DNA of 59,890 bases from an uncultured Planctomycetia bacterium (GTDB lineage: Bacteria; Omnitrophota; Gorgyraeia; Pluralincolimonadales; Pluralincolimonadaceae), in the NCBI GenBank assembly GCA_964484255.1, contig CAZAEH010000005.1, positions 1 to 59,890 of the forward strand, read 5' to 3'. A model generated the notes under the pieces. The model saw only the letters and a list, made by a program, of their open reading frames with translations. It made no database searches and was not told where the DNA came from. This document shows positions 59,007 through 59,890 of the stretch, one piece after another. Both the position numbers and the translations under genes were made by a program. How positions within the stretch are numbered: position 1 is the first letter of the stretch; each line of letters starts with the position of its first letter.

Positions 59007-59890
<884 letters not shown>

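Overview
A 59.9 kb bacterial chromosomal segment of about 50% GC. Every credible gene (about 50 CDS plus tRNA-Pro(GGG)) lies on the + strand, mostly with overlapping or abutting stop/start codons. The protein sequences and diderm envelope genes suggest a PVC-superphylum organism, possibly Ca. Omnitrophota; this is an inference, not a database result. Most content is housekeeping: recA-degP-recX-alaS, hisDBHAFI joined to trpEGDCF, trpBA, manC-ruvX-M16 peptidase-pgm, lepA-lepB-pgsA-plsY-gpsA, tRNA-Pro-hom-thrC-apgM-like-lysC-cimA-valS-nadC-crcB-DUF190, uvrB-birA-methyltransferase-coaX, and CIRCE-controlled groES-groEL (partial). The trp genes are split by an accessory block: pilZ, htpX, dinG, then a four-gene envelope module at 21213-30431. 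That module encodes a CHASE2-3TM-PP2C phosphatase, a TPR plus beta-barrel outer-membrane protein (Slam/type XI secretion-like), a 1794-aa exported protein (two FecR domains, four ~290-aa acidic Gly/aromatic repeats, a low-GC C-terminal tip), and a minimal SurA-like lipoprotein. It is the best candidate here for an undescribed secretion/trans-envelope signalling system. Smaller oddities: recX appears to start at ACG, dinG has a 1-nt frameshift, the recA leader has alternative hairpins, an ApgM-like enzyme replaces thrB, and there are two divergent (alpha/alpha)6 glycosidase-like paralogs. I found no CRISPR array, rRNA, integrase or transposase.
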